Source: Dimorphilus gyrociliatus | Taxonomy: Eukaryota; Animalia; Annelida | Direction of reading: 5' to 3' | Length of the DNA stretch: 64,000 nt | Assembly (NCBI GenBank): GCA_904063045.1 | Contig: CAJFCJ010000014.1 | Coordinates: 1,981,643 to 2,045,642, forward strand | In this document: one piece after another, positions 12,913 to 26,171 of the stretch | How positions within the stretch are numbered: the first letter of the stretch is position 1 | Layout: each line of letters opens with the position of its first letter | Notes under the pieces: generated by a model | Database searches by the model: none | The model's input: only the letters and a program-made list of their open reading frames with translations | What the model was told of the DNA's origin: nothing | Translations under genes and position numbers: made by a program

Positions 12913-14006
12913 TTAAAATTCGCTTCTGTTTGAAGAATTTTCATCTTTATTTACTTCCGGTTGCGATAGCCAGTAGGAAAGTGAAAATACACTTGAAAAC
13001 ATAGTATGAAAACTATTTAAAAACGTCTCATTTGAGGTTGGATTATCGATGTTGGCATGAGATGACGGTGATGAGTTTAAATTTGATTTTGATATATTCG
13101 GTGATTGATGCATAGTATTAAATTGTTCAGGAGATGACGTCTCATTAAAAAGATATCTAAAAAAATTAAGAGAATAATATGGAAACTTGATAAATTAAAA
13201 ATAATCTTACCCTTTATTTATAGAGCCGGATGGCAAATTTTCAGTAGCTAATGTTTGAAACGCTATTGCTTCTGTAATACGAGGCTGAGTAAGTGATTAA
13301 TCATTAAGTTTAAATAGACAATTACACTTGATGTATACTTACTGAATTATTTTGTTTAGGCGTAGTCACAAAATCTTTATTAACTTGATCAGGGATACTC
13401 CTATCGCCAATTAAATTTAAGCAGATAACTAAATAAGATTGAAATGAGATAATTTTAAAGGAATACGAAAGAAAACTTACAAAGCATAGCCAAGTAAATA
13501 AATTCGGGCAGTGAAGCAATTGATAGTAAAACGTATGAGACTAGAAATTTTGGCGCTTCGACACTTTCATCACAGTTTAGAGAATGATCAAAAGAAGCTC
13601 TCTTTTCGTAAAGGATACTTATACATATCACATAAAAGTTGTTGAGTATTACCAATACAATAAAGAATATATTAAAATTTGAACAACAGCTGTACAAGAT
13701 ACAAGGCAAAAGGACGAAGGAAGTAAACACTGATATAAAAATTGGATAGCCCTCGATTACTGAAGCAAATCGTCTGTAAATAACTACTAATTATGAATTA
13801 TATAAGAGATATAATAAATTAACAAACAGGTTCTTATATTGTATATTCGTACAATTTCTATATTCTTCTTGAACTATTTCAGAGGTTCTTTCAAAATTTT
13901 CCTGAGAGTATAAAACATGGCAAACGGGTCCCAAAGTTAAATTTGGAAGGGTAAAGATTGTTACAAGCAGAATCGGTAAAAATAATTGTTTAGAGTTTTC
14001 ATTCAT
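12913..14006 (-). CDS. Orphan 4TM protein, member 5 (subfamily B, Ser/Asn-rich tail)
   Basis: GPVCHVLYSQENF in exon 1. Five exons with phases 2,1,0,2, joining the ORF-track pieces at 13791, 13455, 13322 and 12913. Confidence 0.7.
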
Positions 14007-14431
14007 TGTAAAACTGGTTTATTATATAATTTAAAATAGTTTATAGACTAGAAATATACCGAAATGAAAGGAAAATAAAATTAAGAGTATTGAAATAAAT
14101 AAAATAGACATATAAAAGTATCGCAAATTATTCCAATCCGTTAAGGTGTCCACATTTAAAAATATCTATTATTTTGAATGAGCAGTTAAGCTATCTATAA
14201 CTGTAATTATACATGTAAAAGTTGATATTTTTAAAAAGAAAATGAGTAAAATTTCAATCAAAGTGTCCGATACAAACGATTACGTGATTATATAGTAATA
14301 ATATTTTGATTTTATTAATATACTATTTATTGTACAATTTAGACAATTGAAAAGATTTATTTGCTGATAACTCTTATCAGGCTACTTCTTAATTATAATA
14401 ACCTTACTATCTAATTTACGTGAAATACACA

Positions 14432-15469
14432 TTATAATTTTGTTTTTATAGACTTATCTTCACTTTCCTCTGAAATATTTAAAGTTGTGACTGAACTTGA
14501 TAATTCTTGAGAGCTATCTCCTTCTCCAAGAGATTCAGTGTGATCTTTATTGAATGATGATTCAGTTGTTGAACAACTTGAACAATTTGTTAAAGTAACT
14601 GTTGAAGGTTCACTTTGGTCAGAAGGTTGCAGCCTTTCGTTAATTTCTAATGCTCTGAAAGTTCTAATGGATTAGTATTTAACAGAAATATTCTATTACT
14701 CATTATAACTTGCCTGTTATCATAGGAAGCGGTTGCAACATTACTTTCTGTACTATTTCGCACATACATTTCATTATTATGCAGTTTACATCGATTAGCG
14801 TTATTGGTAGAATCGTAAGTAAAGTGCTCTTTTAGTTTCAGAACTATAAATGGGACAAAAGTATTAAAAAAAAGACTAATCTGTTGTTTAAAGTTTATTT
14901 GAAAAATCTAACTTAAGATTAGAAAGGCAACATGACCTAGTATTCCAATTGCCAAGAGTGTATAATCAGTTGTAAAAGATGTCGCTTCAAAGTCATGTTG
15001 TTGACACATTGAATATTTTTTCAAGGTAGTTCTCATCGTTCTCTCACATAGAGAAATTATGCAAAAAGCGTAAACGATACTATAAATAATTAACAGTTCA
15101 ATTACTATGAGTGCTCCAAAAATGCCTTTACTCAATTTCGAACCGTTGCAAAAATATAAACAAGTAATAAAAGATAATCCATTAAAAATAACAAGTAAAA
15201 AGTCATAGGATTTCACTATCTCAATATGTTGTCTATGGAACAAAGATGACTGCATGATACTATTCCAGTATCTCAACTACTGAAAAATATTTTACTTACA
15301 TTTCAAACTTGTGCACTGTACAGTTTTTTGTTAAGTTACCAGTATATCTTATAGAGCGATAGAAATCAGTTTCATAATAGAAAATATTCCAAGAAGCTCC
15401 CACAAATAAACAAGAGAAGGTAAATAAGATAAAGATGATAGAAGTAAAAATTCGCCATATTTTCTTCAT
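14432..15469 (-). CDS. Orphan 4TM protein, member 6 (Ser/Glu-rich tail)
   Basis: ATG 15469 (MKKIWRIFTSIIF...KNCTVHKFE), phase-2 intron, then a TM2-TM4 exon within ORF 14908-15276, a phase-1 intron and an acidic Ser-rich terminal exon. Tail splicing is partly uncertain. Confidence 0.7.
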
Positions 15470-16138
15470 ATTAAACGTAATATCCTGTTCAACAAATCTT
15501 AGGGACAATGTCAAAAAAAAACGTTAAATTCATAATAAAATATTAATATATTTAGAATAATATTACCTTAAAAAAATATATCTATAAAAAAGAAAATGAT
15601 GATAATGAAAACTTGAAAAGTTCTACTATTTTTAAAGAAAATTTACATCTCTGTTCCATTTGAGAGAAAGTACTGGTTTAAAAGTTCTAATGTAACAATT
15701 TTCCTACAGGATTACTAGGAAAAAATATTGATTTTGTTTGTGTAACATATTGGAATTATTTGAAAATAATCAGAGTTTTAGTTGTTGTAACTATTGTATA
15801 AAAAAAATGGAACATTGTTTTTAAAAACTAGGTGTTTTTGTTAAGTTTTCAATAACAATTAATCGATATTTAAATATATAGAAAAAGTATTAGTATATTA
15901 TTTTATTTAATTAATTATTATATTAATTAAGACTTTGGTTCAAGTAATACATTGATTTAAATCTTTTATTTCAATAAATAGTTGAAATTGTAAAATAAAG
16001 TAGTAAATCCTCTTGAAACTGGACTTCTAAAGCTATATTGAAATATTATACTTAACTATAGAGCAGAAGAAAATTTCGCTCTGATTTTATTGACGATAGA
16101 AAGTATTCTTTTGAATAGATATTCGTATCTTTTGAAAT

Positions 16139-16802
16139 TCATTTCTGAATTCTTTTCGTAGACTAGCTAAGGTTTGCTCTCCCTTCTTCGCTACAATAGT
16201 TTTTACATACAGAGAAACTACTGAACAAGGTCATTCAATGAGATTTACAGGAATTTGGTATAATCTTCATAATATATCAATTGTAATGAAAATATTAAAA
16301 TGAGATTACTGTATTCACCTAATAAAATATGAAATGCCATTTGTTAAATTCATTATAATTGAAAAATCTGAGTTAGGACATTGAGTATATTGAGAATATG
16401 TTAAATTATTGAAGTATTTATGCATTACTATCATAGAATAAAGAAAACTTATAATTTCTGTGCTTATAACAAAAACGTTAGGGGTCATAGATGCCAATAA
16501 GCAAATTTGTACAAGAACAGACCCAAATACTACAGTTGCCGGATAGTATTTAACAAATGAAAGATAATTTCTAAAAGAAAAGGATTTCATTATACAACTA
16601 TTTCATTCGCAATAAAGGTTACTTACAAACTATTTTCGTAAACCATTATACAGCGTTTTCCTTGATATTCAGTTAGTTTAACTGCACCTTCGAAATTTTC
16701 TAGATAATATATAAAGTGGCAAAGTGGCCCTAGGAGAACACTAACAAAAATCGTTGTTTTGTAAATTGCATTTTTAGCTAGATAACATTTATCCTGCGTC
16801 AT
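16139..16802 (-). pseudogene. 4TM member 7 with a probable nonsense codon in TM4
   Basis: Exon 1 has GPLCHFIYYLENF...KRCIMVYENS and a phase-2 intron. Exon 2 lies in ORF 16315-16590. Exon 3 reads RLYQIPVNLIE*PCSVVSLY with TGA at 16231-16233, close to the Trp in TM4 of members 3 and 4. Confidence 0.6.
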
Positions 16803-17569
16803 TCCTAAACACCTGAAAATTTCAAAATTAGAATAGATACACCATCTTAATATAAAATATTATGATACTTTAAAATAAGAGCAACGGCAAAATGAGGATT
16901 GAACAGAATAATCCGCAATAATTGGTTCCAGAAACGCAGTAACTTCTCACAAAAAATTATATCATATTGAGTCTATAAGTATTCTAGTATGAATCGTTGT
17001 TCACCCGTTAAAAGGAATTTATATAGGCCTTTTTCATACGTTTCTATTGTGGAATTTCGACATTGTCTACTCGACAAATGGTCATAGGTATTGAAAAATC
17101 AAGTGATGTGATTCCAATAAACAACCTGTTCTTTAAATATTCTAAAGCAATGGCAGTTTAAGATATTATTTGGCTATTAGAATTGGATTAGTTAATTATT
17201 CTAATTAACAATTAAAGCTAAATAATTATTATATTATCCTCCTATTTTTTCCTTTTGCAGTATTTTCACTTAAAGTTATTTGAATGTTTTTAAATTTGAT
17301 GAAGACTTGTAGCAATTAATTTACTATTATTTCATCAACCTTAAGTCCATAAATTAAGGATAGTATGCCATATTTTGCATAATTTTGAACAATGTTTATG
17401 CCAATCACTTCTTTGTTAGGATAAGGGATTTAGTATATATTGTATATTGAAAGGTTATTATTAATGTCCTAGAAAACTATTGATCAGTCACTTTAAAGAA
17501 GTCACATGCAATCTAATATTGTTTAAAGCATCAAATTAGTGTTTTTTTTAAATTTCTCTTAATGTGAAT

Positions 17570-18420
17570 ATGGTATCAACAGAAGAGAAAGTTACTGAAA
17601 ATAATAAGGATAGATATCAGACTATTGGACTCATTGTTTATGTTTGTATTTTAGCTTCTATCAATTTTGCTTGTGTGGCGATCCTACAAATTCTTATCTC
17701 AAAAGTGGATTTTCATCAAATTCTTGAATTTAAGAGACTTTATAATCATTCGTTAGGAAATTATGAAATAAATAGGGATTTGTCTATGACTCAGAATTTA
17801 AGAATTATCGAACAGAAAAAAGATTCTGAAAATGAAGTCTGTTTGATTACACTTTATCACAGGCCGTAAGATATATTACACTTCTTATATATGTTAAAAT
17901 AATAGCCATTTTGTTTATGATAATAGGCCTTTTGACGTTTGGCTAGTTGGCTTTGTACCCTTTATAGCATCATCAATTGTTGGACTTTTAATAATAGTCT
18001 TATCTTTGCTACCCTATTATACATTTAGTTGTAAAGCAAAAGCAATTGGTATTTTCATGGGCAGTGCAATAGTAAATCTCTTATCATCTGGTATTTATGG
18101 TACTGTCCGTCTGTCTTTGTTAAATAAAACTGTTGGAAAATTGAAATTTTGTCCCGATTACATAGTGACGAGGTTGGAGGATCTTTTCTAAAATCAGTGA
18201 ATTTTATATTTTCGTCTTGCCATCTATTTTTTTTTGTATTTCTTTTAGATATGAAACCAAAGATGCTGAAGATCTGTTCAAGCTATTAGCAGGCGTGGGT
18301 TTCTGTGGTATATTTGTTTTTCCAGCCTTCTATTCAATATGCTTGAACGGTCGCCATAAGGACGACTATGGAGAAGACTCGGAGAGCCAATTTTCAGATT
18401 CAGTTGAAGCTTTGAATTAG
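17570..18420 (+). CDS. Orphan 4TM protein, member 8
   Basis: Exons 17570-17866 (EVCLITLYHRP), about 17927-18170 (KFCPD) and 18250-18420, with two phase-2 introns and four TM segments. Confidence 0.75.
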
Positions 18421-18927
18421 TGATTTCTACTTCTTTGTTTTTTTTTACTTGAAATGGTCCTACGTTCAGCATTGCAAAATATCTACAAATTATAAAAAGT
18501 TCTTGAGCAGTTTTAATAAAAAAAAATCCATATATGTTCTTTTCAATGTGCCATTTTCTATAGAATCTGATTTCTGTAACAACTGAACGCGAAGGTAAAT
18601 ACATTGAAACTATCTTTTTCTCTATATATATACCAAAAAACCATTAAATACCATTGGCAGTGGCAAGCATATCTCTTGTTGCTTTGTAGTAAGAGATAGC
18701 TCTTAATCTGTATAAAATTTTTTTCATCTGTCTATAAAATCATTAAATACTCCTTGGTATATTTTTTAAATCCGCTTAACAACATAGGTTTTTCTCGCTT
18801 TCCCTTATTTGCTTAATTCAAATTTATTGTTAACTTCAGAATTATTGGAAAATACACTAAGATTTCCGAAAAACATGGTATATTAAATTGTGTGTAAACT
18901 AACTATCTTTCATTTGAACATTTGCAA

Positions 18928-19201
18928 ATGAGAGATATACTGAGTATGTTGAGTACAATTGTTATCATCTTATTCTTCAATGTTATAGTTTCTACCGCCT
19001 TTTGAGCTTCATTTACCAAGAGCTCTGATAAGTTTAGTTTATAAAGATCAGGATCTTCATGAGCAATTTTCAACTGATTGAAACTCAACCTGTCAATTCT
19101 ATTCTACTGTAAGTATTGATTTTGGCAAATTATGAATTTTGAAAGAATACGCATCCGCAATAAATGCAATTACTTTTAACAATGAAAAAATTGACCAAAC
19201 T
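18928..19201 (+). pseudogene. Possible decayed 4TM first exon plus micro-exon
   Basis: The ATG is followed by a TM-like stretch (MLSTIVIILFFNVIVSTAF) and then several stops. Donors GTAAGT at 19089 and GTAAGG at 19202 flank a 57-nt intron-like gap. A 61-aa minus-strand ORF overlaps, so this is ambiguous. Confidence 0.3.
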
Positions 19202-19700
19202 GTAAGGACTTGTCATTAATTTATTATATGTTAATCTTAAAATTGAGGTAATAAAATAATAAATTTATATTCATAGCAAGTGTGAAACTTTTCCAAATAA
19301 AATATACCTTTGACCTAAGATATTTAATCTTGTTGTTATTGATTTAAGATTCCTTTTTTTTCGTATTTTAGTCATTTAAAAGACTTGAATTACTATTATT
19401 AACATAAGTGTTAATATTTAAATAATTTTCTCTTATTTCTAATAATAAAAAACAATACTATTTTCCAGAAATATTTTAATGGAAACCCTGTATCGTGGTA
19501 TTAGCATAAATATTATTGACACCATTGAAATACAGTACTTGTGTTTATTTTTGCCAAAATAGAAAAAGGCCTTCACTGAAGACCGGACAAGGATATACAT
19601 CGGATTAACTTCTTTCTTGTCCACAATAAATTCAAATTCTTTTCATTTTGTTTGATTATTTCTGTCTTGCTGTTAATTTTTTTTCTGATTAATTAATAAA

Positions 19701-20536
19701 ATGTTCTATTGTAATGTATTACACAACTGTAAAACTATTTTATTTCATATAATTCATATTATTAGCATGCAGCTTGTTTTTAATATTGGTATTATTTATT
19801 ATCTAATAACATATCATTTAAATACGCAGTATAGACATTTTCCTGAGTTAATTAGTGATCATAAAATACTGTTAGAAAATAATAGAGAAGTAGGATTGAA
19901 ATTATTAAGAAATATCTGCTTTGAGATAGAAGTTAACGAATGGTAAGTGAACGACATTTTTATCTATTTGTATTCTAACTAACTGATTTCTTTCTTTTTT
20001 GTAAATCTTTTATATATATATGAATAGGTTTGGAATAATTTTAATATATATTTTGGTCTTAAGCAGTCTAATGTTTACGAATCTATCAAATATGTTTATA
20101 ACCTTTGGCTATGGATATCATCTTTCGATTACCCGGATGCAAAAGAAAATATTTATTATCTATGGACTAATTAACTACTGCTTTACAATTTTTGACCATA
20201 TTCGATATATTTCGCAAACACCAGCTAATAATCTTGCAATTTGTCATTTGACTACCTTTGAAGGGATCAGAGCTTTTCAATATATATTAATATATATAAT
20301 AGGATTGACTTGTCATATCTTTGGACAAATAATATTTTTTAATTGTGCAGGTAATGTAACTAAAAATAAAGTATTGTTTATTTTATTAAGTTTTTCTCTT
20401 CTTTTAAGCGAAAGAAACTAAAAGTCAAGAATATCTTTATAAAAAATCACAATTAGATTTCTATTGGATAAATATATTCAAAGCAAATGAAACTAATTCG
20501 GAAATTATTAAAAAAGAAGAAGAAATTCCTGTATAA
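19701..20536 (+). CDS. Orphan 4TM protein, member 9 (immediately upstream of IL-17 copy 1)
   Basis: Three exons, phases 2,1. NICFEIEVNEW|FG junction; GLINY; AICH; tail AKETK...EEIPV. Confidence 0.75.
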
Positions 20537-21071
20537 TCTTATTATTTCTATAACAACTAAAAGAAAAGTTATCAGGGAAGAAGAATTAAGTATACCGATT
20601 AATTAGTCTGACAGTTATATTCAATATTTGTTTATTGCAACATACTATACAATTAAAGTATGGAAATTAGTTTTTTTAAATAAAGAATTTCTACTTGTTT
20701 AAGTAAAACGATACAAGTAAGAAAGTTTTTCTTGTATTTCCAACTTAGAGATAACTATGCTAAGGAAATTTCGTATAAACGAAAATACGTTCTAATAATC
20801 TTATCAACAACATATTCATTGGAATTATCAAAGTTATTATAGATATCAGTATTTTAGGATTGTTTTTGCGTAATTTTATAAATTTTCATACAAAAATAAG
20901 ATGGATATATCGTTGGAGTGTATTAAAAAATAATACCAAAAATACATATAATCACAAACTCGAAAGCTCATTCGTTGAATTCGATTGCTGGTTTAGTATT
21001 AATAGCTTTAATAATTTATTAAAGTTTAATTACAAAGAGAGTATTTAACTTAGCTTACGAATACTACAAAA

Positions 21072-21656
21072 ATGACTTTTGGCATAATTGAAACTTCTAC
21101 TTTTGTCACCTGCTTACTATTTTCAAGTGTTCTTTGTGCTCCTTTATGGAAAGACGCTTGCCTTCAACTGGATCCTCCTAATTTACAAGACACTTTGGCC
21201 GAATATCGAGCTCAATATGACGTTCAACCAACATCAATGAATTCCTACTTTAGTAAGTCGTTCGGTGATTATTTAGTAAGTGAAAACGAGAATGTTACGT
21301 GCCCTAAATCCCTAACTGATCTTCAAATTGAACTCAATAAGAAGAAGATTACAACTAAACCATCCACTTGTCCAACATATTCAGTTATCAGCTATAATGA
21401 AGACCGCTATCCAAGATCTATTAAGGAAAGTCTATGTAGGTGTACACAAACTGAAAATAATGGGTGTTTAACACGAACAAGTCAAACTGACCGTAGATAC
21501 GAATGTGAAGCAGTATACGCAGAAATAGTTGTTTTATACAAAGAGAGAGGCACTTGCGAAGGAGAATTTTCAAAATACGTTCCCTCCTTGTATAGGCAGT
21601 CAATGGGGTGTACATGTTCCTATAAAATGTATTTGAGAGCAAACATAAGCTTTTAA
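21072..21656 (+). CDS. IL17: Interleukin-17 family cytokine, copy 1 (single exon)
   Basis: Signal peptide followed by the IL-17 cystine-knot pattern STCP-YSVISYNEDRYPRSIKESLCRC...C...CEAVYAEIVVL...C...GCTC. Confidence 0.92.
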   Translation: MTFGIIETSTFVTCLLFSSVLCAPLWKDACLQLDPPNLQDTLAEYRAQYDVQPTSMNSYFSKSFGDYLVSENENVTCPKSLTDLQIELNKKKITTKPSTCPTYSVISYNEDRYPRSIKESLCRCTQTENNGCLTRTSQTDRRYECEAVYAEIVVLYKERGTCEGEFSKYVPSLYRQSMGCTCSYKMYLRANISF

Positions 21657-23028
21657 CAACAGAATACAAAGAATACTGGCAATTTTATGTTGACAAGCAT
21701 AGTATTATTATTATATTATTAATATATAACTACATGATGTGTTGAGGGAAAATACTGTATAATTTAATTTATGTATAGTATGTTTCATAATAATGCAAAA
21801 ATTATTGAATTGAATCTATTTTTTGATCTCATAAAACAAATATATTATTTTTATGAAGAGAAGCTAATTGAAGTTAATTAAACTCCATTTTCCTTTGTAT
21901 TTGAGTTGTCGTTATATACGATAAATATAAGATTTAAGAATAAGTAAACGAAATCTTTAAGAAATAGTTATTTCTAGTTTTTCTCTGAGAGTACATACTT
22001 CTCAAGAGTAATTGTTAATACAAGACTCAATAATTCATTGAAATACGTTGATTTTTATAAAGAACTTTAAGGGAAATTTCTTAAAAGTACGAAAAAACAT
22101 TTTAGAACTGATTGTTCCTACGACGATCATGATAACGAAAATTTTTAGATGTAAAATGATGAAATTTTGACTATTAAAGCTTTTTCTATAATTCATATTA
22201 GACAGTTATATTAGTCACAATCTAGAATATTTTTAAATTGAAGGAAACTACACTGTATTATTTGATTAAAGATTGTTAAACAGTTGATAAAAAAAGTTTT
22301 ATCGTGACAAGATATTTGTTATATTAAGCTATCTAATCTTTAGTTGTGTTGTACATGCTTGGAATCAATTAACAATTAATCTCATATTTTACAAGTGTCC
22401 CTTATTGGCGTAATTAACATAAATGTCGTTGATGGGCGATAACGTTCATTTAGAGAGAATAATATTTGAAAATCGAAGGACTTAATAACTTTGTTCTTGT
22501 ATTATTTAACTTTCACAATTAGGGGACAATAGAGAGAAAGCATTGAACGTTAAATATCAATTCTAGCAATTAATATTTAATATATTTTATATTCAATAAA
22601 TTACTATAAAAACAATGTTTTATACAATTAAAACATCTATCTTCATTCTTTTATTCTTAGTTTAAATTCTTTGTTTCCTTTTGCATAGAACGATGCTTTC
22701 CTCCAATAGAGGCGGCAGAGCGCTTTTGCAAGAATATCGAGTTAATACATAGCAACGAGCTGCATATATCAATCTTGTAGTATTTGATAAATATCAATTT
22801 CCTAATACATTTTATAAATTTTAAATTCTAGTACAAATTATCAATAATATATAGGTTGGTTTAATTGATTTAAATGGCGTATACTATGGCAGTTACTCGA
22901 TTTAATCGGGTTTGAAATATGTACTGGTTTTTATTGACAGAATAATTCTGGTTTACATTTGTGTATATTTTACTCAACTACGTTTGAACAAGGAAATAAT
23001 ATACTTTTGTTTCCTAATATTCTTTAAT

Positions 23029-24031
23029 ATGGCTAAGCAAAGCGCTTTTGAAAAAATACACAGATCTTTTTCAACATCATTGGTTATAATTGTATTATTG
23101 TTTAACTTATCCTATGGGCCAATATATCATATAATTATGTCTCAAATAAGCATTGTTAATAGAGTCAGATACATCACATATACAGAAAATAACACAAAGG
23201 CTTTGTATATTACAAGGAATAATGCTTTGAATATAAAAGATAAAGTTTGCATGGACGTAACCGTTTATAGTTGGTAAGTAAGAGAATAATTTAAAAACGA
23301 TAACTCATATATAGTTTTTTCAAAAATTCTTTAAGGTTTGACATGATGACACTATACGTTTTGGTTCTAGTCAACTTTTTTAGCTTTTTCTTAATAGCTC
23401 AATTAATAAAGAATACATCGTATCGTTTTCTTCCTGAACTATGGACGAATATAATTACTGTTCTTGGAATAATGAATTATATTTATGCAGCTATTTTACA
23501 TTTTATTTTATTGAAATATAAGAAGGAACAAGCTGACATTTTTAAAATATGCGAAAAATACAATGTTGATGGTTTTACATACTTTTGTTTATGTTTGGTA
23601 GGACTTTTCTTTCATCTATTGGTTATTGGTGGGAGTTTATTTCAAATAGGTTTGTTTGATAATTGATAAATTAAAACTGTTATGTTTTTTTTTATTTTCT
23701 AATTTTAATCTTTGTTTTGTTTGTAGCTAAGCATAAAAAAGGTTTAATAAAAATTCTGGGTATACGCTGTCATGAACTGTCTGAAAATGATCTCGTCAGT
23801 GATACCAGCTCTGATATCTATCAAATTCGAACTTTAAATACCTCCAACGAAGAAATATCATGGGATGACAGTAATGAAAGTTTAAAAGTAATTTTTTGTA
23901 ATTTTCAATAACGACTAACAATATTAGATAACTTTTTTTAGATAAGTAATTTTGCTGCTTATTACCTTGTTAAAACCTCTTCATTGGCTGAATACGAGAT
24001 TAATTCAATTAGATCATATATATCTAGTTGA
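23029..24031 (+). CDS. Orphan 4TM protein, member 10 (between the two IL-17 genes)
   Basis: GPIYHII (identical to member 3), KVCMDVTVYSW|FD, GIMNYIY and KICE. Phases 2,1,0. The last exon 23942-24031 is tentative; the alternative stop is at 23911. Confidence 0.8.
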
Positions 24032-25601
24032 TCAATCTTACATTGACTATTAGATTGGACTATTTGGCTTCTTGGTCTTTTCTTTATTTTTTTTTAATAT
24101 ACTATGTTTTGATATAAAACGTTTCTCTTCAGCACAAGCTGTTCTTCTTAAGTATACAGAAATTTATGTTACGTAATCATATTATTAAATAAATAAATTT
24201 AAATTGAAAAATGAAGAAAGTATCAATTTGAAAAATTTAAGCGACTAAAATATGATAAAACTATAAAAAAGTAGCTTGATGAATAACTGGTATTCAAAGA
24301 TCAATAATAGACATCTAAAGTGTAGGATATGCGGAGATATTTTTAGGAATCGTCAATCATATATAACCAATCATAAACTGATTCACTGTAGAAAAGGTAG
24401 TGGAAATTTTTCAATAACTATTACTAATAGATAGAATAATTATTCTCTTCTTCTTCCTGCTTTTCAAATTATAATTAAGCAAATATAAATGAATGTTTAA
24501 TTAGCAAAGTTGAAAGTTCTAGTCATTTTGAAGATGATCGATCCATTTCACCAATGGATATAAGTACTGAAGTTGATGTAGAACATATGGAACTTTAGAT
24601 ATACAGTATACAGTGTGTATATATATATATATTAGAATGTCATTTAGTAATTAACGGTTTCACTCACAAAGTTCAACTACATAATTTAATTTTAATATTT
24701 CTGGCTAAATATCAAACAATATCTTTTCTATTTAATAACCGTTTTCAATATTTATTTTAATATCTAGAATGATCTATTGGTGGAATAGATATTCTTTTAT
24801 CTTAAAAAAAATTAAAGCACTTGAGAAAATATTTACACTTGAAAACTTAGTAGCCAATGAAACTTAAAAATCTTCTCTTCCTTCTTGATGCTTGTTATTT
24901 TCTTTTCCAAATTAAATTTTACAATAATTACTGCTATTATGTAATTGGTATTGATTGACTTTTGCATAAAGTAAATGCTGTACACGTGTAAGAATATATA
25001 TAATACACGGGCAGCGGTTGCAGTCATTTTAGTAAATAGATAGAGCACTACATGATAATTAATTTCGCCTTATATTATTAGTACTATCAATATATGAGAA
25101 AGAGCTAAATTGAATATCCTATTGGATATCAGAGTTAAAAAATAGCAGTAGCAATTTTATGAAATAGAACAAATGTTTTGAATTATTTGAACGGAAAGCA
25201 CCAATATTTACGAGATAGTTAAATATATAGGTAAGTCGAATTAAAAATTCATGTCAATTATATACTTTACAAAATATTAAAGACACTGTTATCTATCGCT
25301 TTATCTTATCTTTCAAATTTCTGAGGGAACTTTGTATAAAACATATTATATCCTAAGCACTTCTTAGAGTTTACGCAGTTATTCAGTACTTAGTCATTTG
25401 GTATTACAATGGAATTTTTCGCGTTCTGATATGTAAGTTTCCAAGACATATTCGAAGACCTTATGGTTAAATTAGACATAATTTAGAATATTTAAGGATT
25501 GACTTTGCGTCTTCAACATCAGTCGCAGCAAATTAATTAACAAAGAATACTAAACAATCTTTGAAAATTATTTGAAAGATATCCTATTGAATATTACGAA
25601 A

Positions 25602-26171
25602 ATGATTTTTAGCATAATTGAAACTTCTACTTTTGTCACCTGCGTACTATTTTCAAGTGTTCTTTGTGCTCCTTTATGGAAAGACGCTTGCCTTCAACTG
25701 GATCCTCCTAATTTACAAGACACTTTGGCCGAATATCGAGTTCAATATGACGTTCAACCAACATCAATGAATTCCTACTTTAGTAAGTCGTTCGGTGATT
25801 ATTTAGTAAATGAAAACGAGAATGTTACGTGCCCTAAATCCCTAACTGATCTTCAAATTGAACTCGATAAGAAGAAGATTACAACTAAACCATCCACTTG
25901 TCCAACATATTCAGTTATCAGCTATAATGAAGACCGCTATCCAAGATCTATTAAGGAAAGTCTATGTAGGTGTACACAAACTGAAAATAATGGGTGTTTA
26001 ACACGAACGAGTCAAACTGACCTTGAATTCGAATGTGAAGCAATATACGCAGAAATAGTTGTTTTATACAAAGAGAGAGGCACTTGCGAAGGAGAATTTT
26101 CAAAATACGTTCCTGCCTTATACAAACAACAAGTTGGCTGCGGTTGTGTTCATAAGACTATCTATGCATGA
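25602..26171 (+). CDS. IL17: Interleukin-17 family cytokine, copy 2 (single exon)
   Basis: Near-identical to copy 1 over about 510 nt; the C-terminus diverges to QQVGCGCVHKTIYA. Confidence 0.92.
   Translation: MIFSIIETSTFVTCVLFSSVLCAPLWKDACLQLDPPNLQDTLAEYRVQYDVQPTSMNSYFSKSFGDYLVNENENVTCPKSLTDLQIELDKKKITTKPSTCPTYSVISYNEDRYPRSIKESLCRCTQTENNGCLTRTSQTDLEFECEAIYAEIVVLYKERGTCEGEFSKYVPALYKQQVGCGCVHKTIYA

Noticed and set aside
21657-21900. AU-rich instability elements in the IL-17 3' UTR
   Set aside because: ATTTA is expected very frequently at this AT content, so it is uninformative.
22394-22530. Imperfect inverted repeat TGTCCCTTATT / AATTAGGGGACA as a MITE
   Set aside because: The match is short, there is no clear target-site duplication and no second full copy in the window.
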